DNA from: Candidatus Eiseniibacteriota bacterium
Lineage (GTDB): Bacteria; Eisenbacteria; RBG-16-71-46; CAIMUX01; VGJL01
Reading direction: 5' to 3'
Assembly: GCA_963792585.1 (NCBI GenBank)
Contig: CAWBWI010000001.1
Span: 96,001 to 160,000 of the forward strand
Length of the DNA stretch: 64,000 nucleotides
Below the pieces are notes generated by a model, which had not been told where the DNA came from, did no database searches, and worked only from the letters and a program-made list of their open reading frames with translations. The position numbers and the translations under genes are program-made. Positions 27,681 to 37,374 of this stretch are shown here, one piece after another; within the stretch, counting starts at the first letter, position 1; every line of letters starts with the position of its first letter.

Positions 27681-30065
27681 TCAGGGTCGAGATGCGGAGT
27701 CAAGTCTCGGCGCGGCCGGCTGCGACCCCGAAGGGTGAATCAGGCGATCGAACCGCGGATCGCCGCGGAGAGGATCCCACTCCGGCTCGATCCGAGCGCG
27801 TGCGAGGACGAATGCCGGGCTGCCGGCCGCGGCGCCTTCGAGCAAGATCAGGGCTTCTTCTGCATCGCCACGCAACGCGTGAATTGCCGCAGCATAGTAG
27901 CGCGTGAATGGCTCGTCCGCGCCCAGCGCCAAGCGTCGAGAGAATGCATCGAGGCCGGCGGCGAACGACTCCTTGGCGCCCTCTCGGTCGCCCATCGCGA
28001 GCAAAGCGGCACCCAGCCGCAGGTGAAGCTCGATTCGGATCCGCGAACGCAGCGCGTGATCGAGTCGATCCGTGAACGCGAACTCGCTCGCGTGCGCTTC
28101 GCTCGCCTCGCGGAACCGACCCTGGAGGGCCAGGAGATGCCCCCTGCGCATGTAGGCCCCGACGAGTTGAACCCCTTGCTGCCCGGAAAGGAAAGCCTCC
28201 TGCAGCTCGATCGCCCGCTCCGCGGCACTCTCGCCGCGCGCGAAGTCGCGCAGGAGCGCCAGACAGTGGGCGAGCTGCATCCAGTACCAGCCGGCTTCCG
28301 GGTTGCGCTCCAGCGCCCGGCCATAGTACTCAGCGGCGCCTACGAAGTCCGCCCTGCCGATGAAGAGAGCCCGTCCCATACCACCGAGAATGCGGGCGTC
28401 CTCCGGGGCAAGGGAGATCGCGCGTTGTAGGCACTCCAAGCCTTCGTCCAGGTGGCCTTGCGCAACCAGCGTCATGCCCAGCTCGCGCCACACGCGCGGC
28501 AGGCGGGGGCGCGACTTCAGGGCGCGCCGGAGGATCGAGACCGCGCGCTCGTGCAGTTCGGGAGCCGCCAGATAGTCTGCCTTCTGCGCCCACGCTGCCC
28601 CCAGTTCGATCTGGGCGCGCGCATAATCAGGATCGAGCGTCAGGGCCCGCTCGAAGAACAGGATCCCCCGGTCGAGTGACTCGTAGCTGTCGGCGCGCAT
28701 GTTGAGAAGCCCCTTCGAGAGCGCTTCATAGGCGGCGAGGATCTGCGTTTCTTCCCCCTCGTGCGCCGCCGCCACGGTCTTGCGCAACCCGGCGACCAGG
28801 TCGGCGACGATCCTGTCCTGCAGGGCGAATAGAGCCTCCAAGCGGCCATCATTTCGTGTGGCGCGCAGTACGCGTCCCGATTCGACTTCCACGACGCGGG
28901 TGGTGACCCTCACCTGCTCGCCCATGCGCTGGAATCCACCGGCCACGACCCACCGCGCCCCGGTCGCCCGTCCCAACTGCACCGCATGCTCGGACCCGAG
29001 CTCAGCTCCCTCGATCCCCAAACGCCGGAGATTCGCCCGAAGCCGTTCCCGTCCCCAGATCTCCAGCCCCTCGATCTCCTGCAGCGCCGTAGTGACCGTA
29101 TCCGTGAGCCCGATCCCCAGCCACTCGTCCTCGGGCTGCAGGGTGATGTTCGCAAAACCGGCGACGGCCACCGTGAGCGTCCCCTCCGCGGGGGCCGGCA
29201 TCGTCGTTGTCCCTGCGCGCAGGCGGCTGAGATCGTCGCGGACCTCGGCGAGGTCCTTCGGGCGTGCGGCCATCGACTTGGCCAGCATCCGCGCCACGAG
29301 ATGCTCGACCTCGGGTAGACGCGGGTCCGTGAAACGGACGGGGAGTGGGGGAGGATCTCGGTGCAGAACCGCGTCGGTGATCTGAATGAAGTTGTCCCCC
29401 TCGAACGGCCGTCTGCCCGCCAGCAGCTCGTAGAGCACGATGCCCAGGGAAAAGAGATCCGACCGGGCGTCCAGAGGCTGCCCCAAGGCCTGCTCCGGCG
29501 ACATGTAATGCGGAGTCCCCGCGATCGGATCTTCGAGCGGGACCGTCTCATCCCGGCTTGACGTATGGGCGTCGCCGGCGAGGCGCGGCTGGGGCTGTGC
29601 GAGTCCGAAATCCAGGATCTTGAGACGGCCCTGGGTCACCATCATGTTCGAGGGCTTCACGTCGCGGTGGATGATCCCGCGTGCGTGCGCCTCGGCGAGC
29701 GCGTCGGCGGCCTGGCTCATGAGGTCGAGGATTTCGTCGAGCGAGAGCGAACCAGCCGCCGCCAGCTCCTCCAGCGTCACGCCGGGCACGTACTCCATGG
29801 CGAGCAGATAGACGTGACCGTCGGGAGTGTCGGATTCCTCCACGTCGTAGATGACGGCGATGTTCGGGTGGTTCAAGGCCGAGGCCGCGCGCGCTTCGCG
29901 CAGGAGGCGCGCCCGCTCATTCTCCTCGCAACCCGGCTTCTGGCGGAGCAGCTTGAGGGCCACGGGCCGGTGGAGTCGCAGGTCCTCGGCCAAGAACACA
30001 TCTCCCATTCCGCCCCGGCCGAGCCGTTCGACGATGCGGTAGTGGGACAGGGTTGTGCCGATCAT
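27681..30065 (-). CDS. Hanks-type Ser/Thr protein kinase with TolB-N-like and TPR domains
   Basis: LGRGGMGDV, VALK, HRDVKPSN, DFGLA, GTPHYMSPEQ, SDLFSLG; VAVAGFAN domain; TPRs; ends LRGDPRF. Confidence 0.92.
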   Translation of the reverse strand: MIGTTLSHYRIVERLGRGGMGDVFLAEDLRLHRPVALKLLRQKPGCEENERARLLREARAASALNHPNIAVIYDVEESDTPDGHVYLLAMEYVPGVTLEELAAAGSLSLDEILDLMSQAADALAEAHARGIIHRDVKPSNMMVTQGRLKILDFGLAQPQPRLAGDAHTSSRDETVPLEDPIAGTPHYMSPEQALGQPLDARSDLFSLGIVLYELLAGRRPFEGDNFIQITDAVLHRDPPPLPVRFTDPRLPEVEHLVARMLAKSMAARPKDLAEVRDDLSRLRAGTTTMPAPAEGTLTVAVAGFANITLQPEDEWLGIGLTDTVTTALQEIEGLEIWGRERLRANLRRLGIEGAELGSEHAVQLGRATGARWVVAGGFQRMGEQVRVTTRVVEVESGRVLRATRNDGRLEALFALQDRIVADLVAGLRKTVAAAHEGEETQILAAYEALSKGLLNMRADSYESLDRGILFFERALTLDPDYARAQIELGAAWAQKADYLAAPELHERAVSILRRALKSRPRLPRVWRELGMTLVAQGHLDEGLECLQRAISLAPEDARILGGMGRALFIGRADFVGAAEYYGRALERNPEAGWYWMQLAHCLALLRDFARGESAAERAIELQEAFLSGQQGVQLVGAYMRRGHLLALQGRFREASEAHASEFAFTDRLDHALRSRIRIELHLRLGAALLAMGDREGAKESFAAGLDAFSRRLALGADEPFTRYYAAAIHALRGDAEEALILLEGAAAGSPAFVLARARIEPEWDPLRGDPRFDRLIHPSGSQPAAPRLDSASRP

Positions 30066-30366
30066 CCGGTGTGTCCTCGCCCGGAGCGGAGCCGGCGCGC
30101 GCGGCGCATCCCGCGTGAGCCGCACGGGAAGCGCGGGACCGATCGAACCACACAGACGGGTTCTTTCCTTGCCATGACGGACGATCTTAGCGACAGCCCG
30201 CCGGCGTGGCGAGCCCAGGCTGCCGCGAGGGCAAGTTGTCGCGAGCCCCCGGCTCCCGCATGGCCCCCAACCGCTGCCGCGCCTCCCGCCGATGCTCCTG
30301 ACTGGTCCCGTCTTGGCAGCTTCCGGCTTGCCGAAGGCCCGTCCGAGCCTGACCCCGTCCGATGGA

Positions 30367-30852
30367 CTACCGCGGAATCCTCGCGGAGTCCTCCGGCGTC
30401 AATTCGAAACTGGCCCCATGAGCTGCAGGCTCGAACGTGGCTCCGGTCTTTGCCCTCTGCAGGAAGGCGGGGTAGACCCCGCCCTTCGTCAAGACAGGCG
30501 CCTGCCTTGGCCCGGCCCAGCCGGCCTCCGCTGGATTCACGATCGCGTATTCGATGACCAGGAACGCCCCTATCTCGAGCCCGCCCCCGCTTCGTTCCAC
30601 GGCGAGCACCTCCACCTCGGCTCTCACAGCGGTCCTTGCCGAATCGACGTCCCGCGTCGTCACGGCTTTGACCTCGATGATCAAGACTTCGGACGCCTTG
30701 ATCCGCAGCGCATCGTAGGATCCCGGCGGGAGCGCCGCTCGCGCCGCCCCTACAGCGAGTCCTGCCAGCAAGATTGTGAACGCTAGAACGAATCGAGCCG
30801 CCTTGGGCCGAGGCCCAGTCCTGGGAATCCTCGCCGTATCTATGGAATGCAT
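30367..30852 (-). CDS. Hypothetical secreted protein
   Basis: AGGAGGAGG RBS; signal peptide ending ARA-A. Confidence 0.65.
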   Translation of the reverse strand: MHSIDTARIPRTGPRPKAARFVLAFTILLAGLAVGAARAALPPGSYDALRIKASEVLIIEVKAVTTRDVDSARTAVRAEVEVLAVERSGGGLEIGAFLVIEYAIVNPAEAGWAGPRQAPVLTKGGVYPAFLQRAKTGATFEPAAHGASFELTPEDSARIPR

Positions 30853-31146
30853 GCCGCACCTCCTCCTATGCTCGTTTGGTCCACGATATGCCAAGACCCC
30901 CGTCTGCCTCCGTTTGCGCTCCTTGCCCACCGTCGCCCAATAGGCAATCGCCCAGGGGGTTGCGCGATCGATTATCCGAACCCAGACTCTGAAGACCTAC
31001 CGCTGAGTTGACCGGGACTTCCCCTTCACATCGCTGATGCCAATCCGGTATATTCGCTCGTTTCCTCGGGTCGGATGCCGGGTTCACGCCTCGCCGACGG
31101 GGGAACAGCGAACCCTACTCAACATCAATACCGGGAGGACGGAATC

Positions 31147-32586
31147 ATGCGGCGATTCTCGCACGCTTTGAGTGCATCGATAGTTGGTGTGTCCCTCGCC
31201 TTCGCGGCGCTGTCGGGGTGTTCGGACGGCAACGGCGGAAAGTCAACCAACCCTGACGTGACCCCACCCCTGCTTTCCTCGATCCAACCCGACACGGTGG
31301 TGGCGGGAACAACGGCACGCCTTCGCGGCGAGCGGTTCGGCTCCACGCGCGGCGCAAGCCAGGTAATGTTCGGGACGCGGAACGCTCAAAGCCTGACGTG
31401 GACATCGACCAAGATCCTCGCGGTCGTTCCCGATGACGTCACGCCGGGGAACGCTAGCGTGGTCGTCGACGGTGAGGAGAGCAATCTCCTGCCCTTCAAG
31501 ACGGCGAACAAGCCCCCGGTGATCGAGCAGATGCTGCCCACGAGCGGTGAGGTCGGCGGGACGATCCAGATCAAGGGCCGCCTCTTCGGTGTCGCGAAGA
31601 AGGACGGCAAGGTCCGCTTCGACTCGATCGAGGCGACCACGACCGCGTGGAGCGACACCGCCCTGCAGGCGGTGATTCCGGCCGGCGCCCAGACGGGCCC
31701 GGTTCGGGTCGTCGCCCGCGGGCTGGAGAGCAACCCGGTCGCATTCACCCTCATCGCGCCGATCGCCCCCCTGATCGAATCGGTCGTGCCGGACAGCGGC
31801 GCTCCAGGGACGACGGTGCTCATCCACGGCCAACGATTCGGCACCTCCAAACTGCCGGGGCAGGTCAGGCTCGGCGGCGCGTTCGCCGTCATCTCCGACT
31901 GGAGCGACACGGCCATCGAGATCAGTGTCCCCCAAGCCGCGGCGCCCGGAAGCCAAACCGTCCAGGTCATCGCCGGCGAGGAAGTAAGCAACACGTACCC
32001 GTTCAAGGTGCTCCAGCCGGAGGTCCCGGTGGTCATCACCCGGCTCGAGCCGAGGCGGACCACGGTCAGCGACATCATCACGATCTACGGGACCGGCTTC
32101 CGCATGGAAACGGTCGACCCGCTCGTGACCTTCCAGGGCGCACAGGGACGGATTCCGACCACGATCACCGTCTGGGACGAGGAGAGCATCCGCGCCTGGG
32201 TTCCCCAGGGAGCCGTGGACGGACCGGTCATCATCCAGTTCGACGACGCCGTGAGCGAGGGAGTGTTCTTCTCGATCGCGCCCCGGCGAATCACCTATAC
32301 GGGGGACATCCATCCCCTCTTCCAGGCGAAAGGATGCCTCGGCTGTCACACCGGCGCGACGCCTCCCGCGAACCTGAACCTCGAGACGAAGGCACTCGCG
32401 CTTCATGGCGATAGCGACCACGGTCCTGTCGTTGTGATCCGCGATGGACCGGGCAGCATCCTGGTCCACAAGCTTGGCCCGAATCCGCCCTTCGGCGCCC
32501 GGATGCCATTCGGGTGTACGACTTGCTTGAGTGATGAGGAGATCCTGATCGTCTCGGACTGGATCGACGAAGGGGTCGACAATTAG
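31147..32586 (+). CDS. Lipoprotein with four IPT/TIG domains and a C-terminal c-type cytochrome domain
   Basis: GGAGG RBS; lipobox LSG-C; four P-x-I/L..P..G..I.G..F..W(S/T/D) units; CLGCH and distal RMP. Confidence 0.85.
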   Translation: MRRFSHALSASIVGVSLAFAALSGCSDGNGGKSTNPDVTPPLLSSIQPDTVVAGTTARLRGERFGSTRGASQVMFGTRNAQSLTWTSTKILAVVPDDVTPGNASVVVDGEESNLLPFKTANKPPVIEQMLPTSGEVGGTIQIKGRLFGVAKKDGKVRFDSIEATTTAWSDTALQAVIPAGAQTGPVRVVARGLESNPVAFTLIAPIAPLIESVVPDSGAPGTTVLIHGQRFGTSKLPGQVRLGGAFAVISDWSDTAIEISVPQAAAPGSQTVQVIAGEEVSNTYPFKVLQPEVPVVITRLEPRRTTVSDIITIYGTGFRMETVDPLVTFQGAQGRIPTTITVWDEESIRAWVPQGAVDGPVIIQFDDAVSEGVFFSIAPRRITYTGDIHPLFQAKGCLGCHTGATPPANLNLETKALALHGDSDHGPVVVIRDGPGSILVHKLGPNPPFGARMPFGCTTCLSDEEILIVSDWIDEGVDN

Positions 32587-32771
32587 AGATGGCGTCGCCA
32601 CCGGGCCGCAGCCGGGGCATAGCAGGACCGCCGTCCGGCCGCGATTGGGCCGCAACCGGGTCGCAGGCGACTGCGGCCCGGTTGTAGACTCGAGAAGGGC
32701 GTCGCGGAGGTGAACGGAGGTCAGGGCCGCACAAACCCGCCAATCAGCAATCGACATACAGGAGACTGCCA

Positions 32772-33212
32772 ATGGCACGGACAAGCACCTATCTAAACTT
32801 CATGGGCAAGACCGAAGAGGCCTTCCTCTTCTACAAGTCGGTCTTCAAGACGGAATTCGTGGACCGGATCCACCGAATGAGCGACGCGCCCCCGGGCCCA
32901 GGCATGCCGCAACTCAGCGATGCCGAGAAGAACATGGTCATGCACGTCGAACTCCCCATCGTCGGCGGACACGTCCTGATGGGCACCGATGCGCTGGAAT
33001 CGATGGGGCACAAGCTGACGGTCGGCGATAACGTTCACATCAACCTGGAGCCGGACACGCGCGCAGAGACCGAACGGCTCTTCGCGGCGCTCGGCGCGGG
33101 AGGCAAGGTCGGGATGCCGCTCGCGGACATGTTCTGGGGCGCGTACTTCGGAAGCCTGACGGATAAGTTCGGCGTCCAGTGGATGTTCAACTGCTCGGAG
33201 GCGAAGAAGTAG
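32772..33212 (+). CDS. VOC family (PhnB-like) protein
   Basis: YLNF.G..EEAF.FY..VMH..LMG.D..MPL.DMFWGAYFG.LTDKFGVQWM. Confidence 0.92.
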   Translation: MARTSTYLNFMGKTEEAFLFYKSVFKTEFVDRIHRMSDAPPGPGMPQLSDAEKNMVMHVELPIVGGHVLMGTDALESMGHKLTVGDNVHINLEPDTRAETERLFAALGAGGKVGMPLADMFWGAYFGSLTDKFGVQWMFNCSEAKK

Positions 33213-33499
33213 CGACGCGCTCACCCGCATCAGGCAGCATGAGACGAAAGGGCGATCCTCTCTCCGTCCGGAGAGATGATCGCCCTACGAACATCGGGGC
33301 CCGCCTCGTGGTCACCCTTGCGCATCGGCCACCATGACCCGGTTTCCACCGAATCATCGCGCCGCCGTGGCTCTGTTCCCCCCCGGACTTTCCGCTTGGG
33401 AAGGGCAAACTCCGTGCAGGTGAAACGCGCCGCTCTGCGGGGCATGTCCGCCCGTGAGCGGGTGTCACTTCGCGCGGGGGAGATGAAGGACTTCTCCGG

Positions 33500-34201
33500 C
33501 TACAGCGACCGCGCTGTGATCGCCTCCGTCGCATCGGGCGCATCGACCTCACGCGCCACGACAATGAATCGCTTCGGGGCGGGGCCGAGCCAGTGAAAGG
33601 GGTAGCAGGTGACCAGCGTCAGCCGGGAATCTCCGTGCCCGTCCAAGATGCCGATGTCGGATGGCTCGACGATCGATGTCGACTCGACTCGATAGAAGTG
33701 CGTTCGATCGGGCGTCACGATCCGTATGAGATCGTCCGTCCGCACGCCGCCGAGGCTCCGGAAATGGGTGTCGCGGTGGGCCGCGAGGACGACATTCCCA
33801 GCGTCGCCAGGAAGCGCGGAGCCTACCAGGTGCCCCGCGCCGCTAAGGAGAGAGAGAGACCCGGTGCCTTCGACAATCACAGTGGAGAGTCTGATCCGGG
33901 GAATCTCGATCCTCCCGATGCATGCCGTCCCCGTAGCCGCGCCGCGAACATCAGTCGGCCGGGATTGACCCCGCGCCGCGTCTCGCGACGCTGCGGTCAT
34001 CGCCCGGGCCAACGACCGCTCCGCGATGAACTGAATCACCTCTCCTCCGACGACGCCGGCCCACCAGCACGATAGGCTGAGCCCGGCAACCGAGAAGAGA
34101 ACCAATTCCGCTCTTCGCAACAGCGGCCGCCGTTGGCTGACCATTGGGCGCATGACCGCAGCGAACCTCCATCCCCCAAGTCGTCCGAGAAGGTTTCGCA
34201 C
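33500..34201 (-). CDS. Class D-like sortase
   Basis: N-terminal TM; IGRIEIPRI; GNVVLAAHRDTHF (His); LTLVTCYPF (Cys); KRFIV (Arg). Start uncertain. Confidence 0.92.
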   Translation of the reverse strand: MRNLLGRLGGWRFAAVMRPMVSQRRPLLRRAELVLFSVAGLSLSCWWAGVVGGEVIQFIAERSLARAMTAASRDAARGQSRPTDVRGAATGTACIGRIEIPRIRLSTVIVEGTGSLSLLSGAGHLVGSALPGDAGNVVLAAHRDTHFRSLGGVRTDDLIRIVTPDRTHFYRVESTSIVEPSDIGILDGHGDSRLTLVTCYPFHWLGPAPKRFIVVAREVDAPDATEAITARSL

Positions 34202-34270
34202 CCGGCGCCCGAAGGGGGCAGGTCGAACGCCGGGTGCGAGCTAGCTGGGTCCAAAGGAGGGGCGACCCGG

Positions 34271-34765
34271 CTAGTGGCGAATCAGGGCGCGGATCGTCAC
34301 GCCCCCGGCAAACATGAGCAACCCGACGAATGCCAACACAGGAAAGGGACTCGCAGTCTTCGGCATCGTGTCCGATCCGTTTCCAGTCTGGGTGCCATAG
34401 GGATCGGTGGACTGGGATGACGGAGACGACTCCTTCAGTCCGGTTGCGCTCGCATCGACCATCACGTTGGAGACATGGAACGTGCCCGGCGCGGGCGTAT
34501 GATACTCCACCCGCACCGCGGAGCCGGCGCCGACCGTGGCCGGGATGGTGCTCGCCGAATCCCGCGCGAAGATCATCTGATCGCCGCCCTCCGTCCTGAT
34601 CACGAGGGAAGTTGCCGAGACGGAAACGACCGTGCCCATGACGGTGTTTATCATCTCCGTAGATGGAGTGGCCTGGGAAGTTTGCGTGTCGTACTGGGCC
34701 GCGACGGGCGCCGCGAACGCCAGGACGAGGGCGCCGGCCATGAGGATTGCGGTGTATCGGTTCAT
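34271..34765 (-). CDS. Secreted putative sortase substrate (MPKTA + TM + basic tail)
   Basis: AAGGAGG RBS; signal peptide; small beta domain; S/T-rich linker; MPKTASPFPVLAFVGLLMFAGGVTIRALIRH. Confidence 0.85.
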   Translation of the reverse strand: MNRYTAILMAGALVLAFAAPVAAQYDTQTSQATPSTEMINTVMGTVVSVSATSLVIRTEGGDQMIFARDSASTIPATVGAGSAVRVEYHTPAPGTFHVSNVMVDASATGLKESSPSSQSTDPYGTQTGNGSDTMPKTASPFPVLAFVGLLMFAGGVTIRALIRH

Positions 34766-34868
34766 CTGTGGCCTCCTTAGCCTCTTCAGCTCAAAGCCTC
34801 TACCGCTTGAATCCTTTGGAGCCTCCCTGTGGAGGTTCTCGTTACATCGCCCCATGCGATTCGAGTCA

Positions 34869-34884
34869 AGCAAGTCCGGTGCCA
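34869..34884 (-). promoter_or_regulatory. Sigma-54 -24/-12 promoter (substrate-sortase operon)
   Basis: TGGCAC-CGGAC-TTGCT, matches consensus. Confidence 0.8.
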
Positions 34885-35094
34885 CAACGCCGAATCAGAC
34901 GCAGGATGGTCCTTACTGAATACGCGATGGGCAGTTGACCGCATCGTCATCGCGACCGCCGAAATCAGTCGGACAGGAATCGGTTTGTAGCCTTTTCCAA
35001 ACGCCGCGAAAACTACCCACATCGACTTCACCCGAGGTCGGGCCCCACGTTCGCAGGCGCGCGCCGCATATGCCTTTACGATGGAACCTCCCGG

Positions 35095-35110
35095 TGGCTC
35101 ATATGTTGCA
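35095..35110 (+). promoter_or_regulatory. Sigma-54 -24/-12 promoter (trehalose operon)
   Basis: TGGCTC-ATATG-TTGCA, 27 bp before the otsA ATG. Confidence 0.7.
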
Positions 35111-35137
35111 TACAGGTTCGGCCGGGAGGGTGCCTCT

Positions 35138-36604
35138 ATGTCATCGCCAGAGTCCCTTCGTGATCTGGTCGCTCAAAAGATCGGCAAGGCGCTATTCGTC
35201 GTCGTGTCGAATCGGGAGCCTTATACGCACTCGTTCAAGGCGGGTAAGATCGAGTGCCGCAGACCCGCGTCTGGGATGGCGACCGGACTCGAACCCGTCG
35301 TACGTGCGACGAAGGGTCTCTGGGTCGCCCACGGCTCCGGCAACGCCGACCGCGCGGTGGTGGACGCGGGCAACAAGGTCCCCGTGCCGCCATCCTCTCC
35401 CGAGTTCACCCTGAAGCGCGTCTGGCTCACCAAATCCGAAGAGGACCACTATTACCACGGATTCTCGAATCGAACGATGTGGCCGCTTTGTCACGTCGTC
35501 TTCGTACGACCATCGTTCGAACAGGCCGACTGGGAAGCCTACCGGGCGGTCAACGAGAAGTTCGCCGCCGCGGTTCTGGAGGAAGTCGGCCAGGAGCGCG
35601 CCTTCGTCTGGATCCAGGACTTCCACCTTTCCCTCCTGCCGAAGCTCCTGAAGGACGCGCGCCCCGATCTGATGGTCGCCCAGTTCTGGCACGTGCCATG
35701 GCCCACGCCCGAGATCTTCCGTCTCTGTCCCTGGAAGACGGACATCCTCAAGGGCCTGCTGGCGAACGACCTGGTCGGCTTCCATCTCCGCTACCACTGC
35801 GACAATTTCCTCGAGACGATCGATCGTGAGCTCGAGGCGCGCGTCGATCGCGAGCGTTCCTCGGTCTTCTCCTCGGGGCACGAGACGCAGGTGCGGCGGA
35901 TGCCGATCAGCATCGACTTCGAGCGGACGGTGGAGATCGCCGACAGCGCCGCGGTTCTCAAGCAGATCGACGCGTTTCGCGAGAACCTGGGCATCCACGC
36001 CGAGTTCCTGATCCTCGGGGTCGACCGATTCGACTACACGAAGGGGATTCCGGAACGGATCCGGGCGCTCGACCGTTTCCTCGAGAAGTACCCGGAATAT
36101 CTTGGGCGGGTCACCCTCCTCCAGACGGGACCGGTCTCCCGGGTCCACGTGCGGGAATACAAGGAACTCAACGATCGGGTGACCGCGCTGGTCGAGGAGG
36201 TGAACTGGAGGCACGGAGTCAACTCATGGCAGCCGATCGTCCTCACCCGTGGTCACCTCAATGAAGTGGAGATGATCGCCCTCTACCGGATGGCGGACGT
36301 CGCATTGGTCAGTTCCCTCCACGACGGGATGAACCTGATCGCCAAGGAGTTCGTCGCCGCGCGGACCGACGGTGGAGGGGTCCTGATCCTGTCGAAGTTC
36401 ACCGGTGCGGCGCGCGAACTCGAGCAGGCGACGCTGATCAATCCGTACGACACGGAGGATTTCGCGGACGCCCTGAAGCGGGCTCTCGAGATGCCCGAGT
36501 CCGAGCGAAGGGAATCGCTCACCAAAATGCAGGATCTCCTCCGGGAACAGAATGTCTATTACTGGGCCGAGCAGTTCGTCTCGCAGCTCTCGAGGTTGGC
36601 CTGA
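35138..36604 (+). CDS. otsA: Trehalose-6-phosphate synthase (GT20)
   Basis: VVSNREPY, YYHGFSN..WPLCH, WIQDFHL, FWHVPWP, GVDRFDYTKGI, DGMNLIAKEF, LSKFTGAA, NPYD. Confidence 0.93.
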   Translation: MSSPESLRDLVAQKIGKALFVVVSNREPYTHSFKAGKIECRRPASGMATGLEPVVRATKGLWVAHGSGNADRAVVDAGNKVPVPPSSPEFTLKRVWLTKSEEDHYYHGFSNRTMWPLCHVVFVRPSFEQADWEAYRAVNEKFAAAVLEEVGQERAFVWIQDFHLSLLPKLLKDARPDLMVAQFWHVPWPTPEIFRLCPWKTDILKGLLANDLVGFHLRYHCDNFLETIDRELEARVDRERSSVFSSGHETQVRRMPISIDFERTVEIADSAAVLKQIDAFRENLGIHAEFLILGVDRFDYTKGIPERIRALDRFLEKYPEYLGRVTLLQTGPVSRVHVREYKELNDRVTALVEEVNWRHGVNSWQPIVLTRGHLNEVEMIALYRMADVALVSSLHDGMNLIAKEFVAARTDGGGVLILSKFTGAARELEQATLINPYDTEDFADALKRALEMPESERRESLTKMQDLLREQNVYYWAEQFVSQLSRLA

Positions 36605-37374
36605 TGGCGGCGCACCATCCGTTCCGCTTCGAGACCGCGGCGGTCCTCACACGCCTCACCAACCGCCGCGCCCGGTCCCTGCGCGAGCTGCGGGAGGGTC
36701 TGCAGGTCGCGACCGGATCGATGATCTTCCACCACACCTACAACGCGCTCCTGGACCGGCACTTCGTCGCGGGCGCGCCGCAGAACGACTTCGTCCACTG
36801 GGTGGATCGGACGCTGCGGCTCCGCGCTCTTGCGGAGCGCTTCGACGCGATCGACGCCTATGACTTCACGGATCTTCAGGAACTGCGCAAAGAGCTTGTC
36901 CGGATCCTCGACGATCACCTCGCCCATGGGGGAGAGAACCCGTCGGCTGCGCCTGAAGAGGAGTTCCACTTTCTCGAATCGGTGAGCGTCGCGACGCCGA
37001 CCCCGTTTCTGGCCGAAGATCTCGCGGGTTTCCGGGAAGCTCTCTCCAGGGTGGGAATCCGCTCGATCTACCACCATTTTCTGACCGCGCGGCTGAGAAT
37101 GAGCCGAAAGTCGAATGATTTCTCCACCTGGCTCGAGGAAAGCCTCGACGAGCGGGTGCTTGCGCAGGCGTTCGAGCGGATCGATCCCGGGGTGGGCACG
37201 CTCGAGGATGCGCGGGCCCTGATGGTGCAGCTGGTCGACGGAACGCTGGGAACGCGGAAGCGAGCGAAGGTCCTCAGGCTCGGACTCCTGAGCGCTTCCG
37301 TCCTCGGCGCGCTCGCCGCCGGCGCCCGCGTGCGCGGAAAGGGGAAAGAGGATCATGACCGTCACTCTCGATGA
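36604..37374 (+). CDS. DUF5752-like protein
   Basis: Two internal repeats (IFHHT..NDFVHWV and IYHHF..NDFSTWL); overlaps both neighbours. Confidence 0.8.
   Translation: MAAHHPFRFETAAVLTRLTNRRARSLRELREGLQVATGSMIFHHTYNALLDRHFVAGAPQNDFVHWVDRTLRLRALAERFDAIDAYDFTDLQELRKELVRILDDHLAHGGENPSAAPEEEFHFLESVSVATPTPFLAEDLAGFREALSRVGIRSIYHHFLTARLRMSRKSNDFSTWLEESLDERVLAQAFERIDPGVGTLEDARALMVQLVDGTLGTRKRAKVLRLGLLSASVLGALAAGARVRGKGKEDHDRHSR

Noticed and set aside
30367..30852. D(T/S)ARIPR at both ends of a small protein
   Set aside because: A single 7-aa coincidence with no supporting structure.
33400..33450. GGGCAAAC..GAAA resembling a c-di-GMP-I riboswitch
   Set aside because: No GACGCAAA second stem, and it lies between convergent gene ends.
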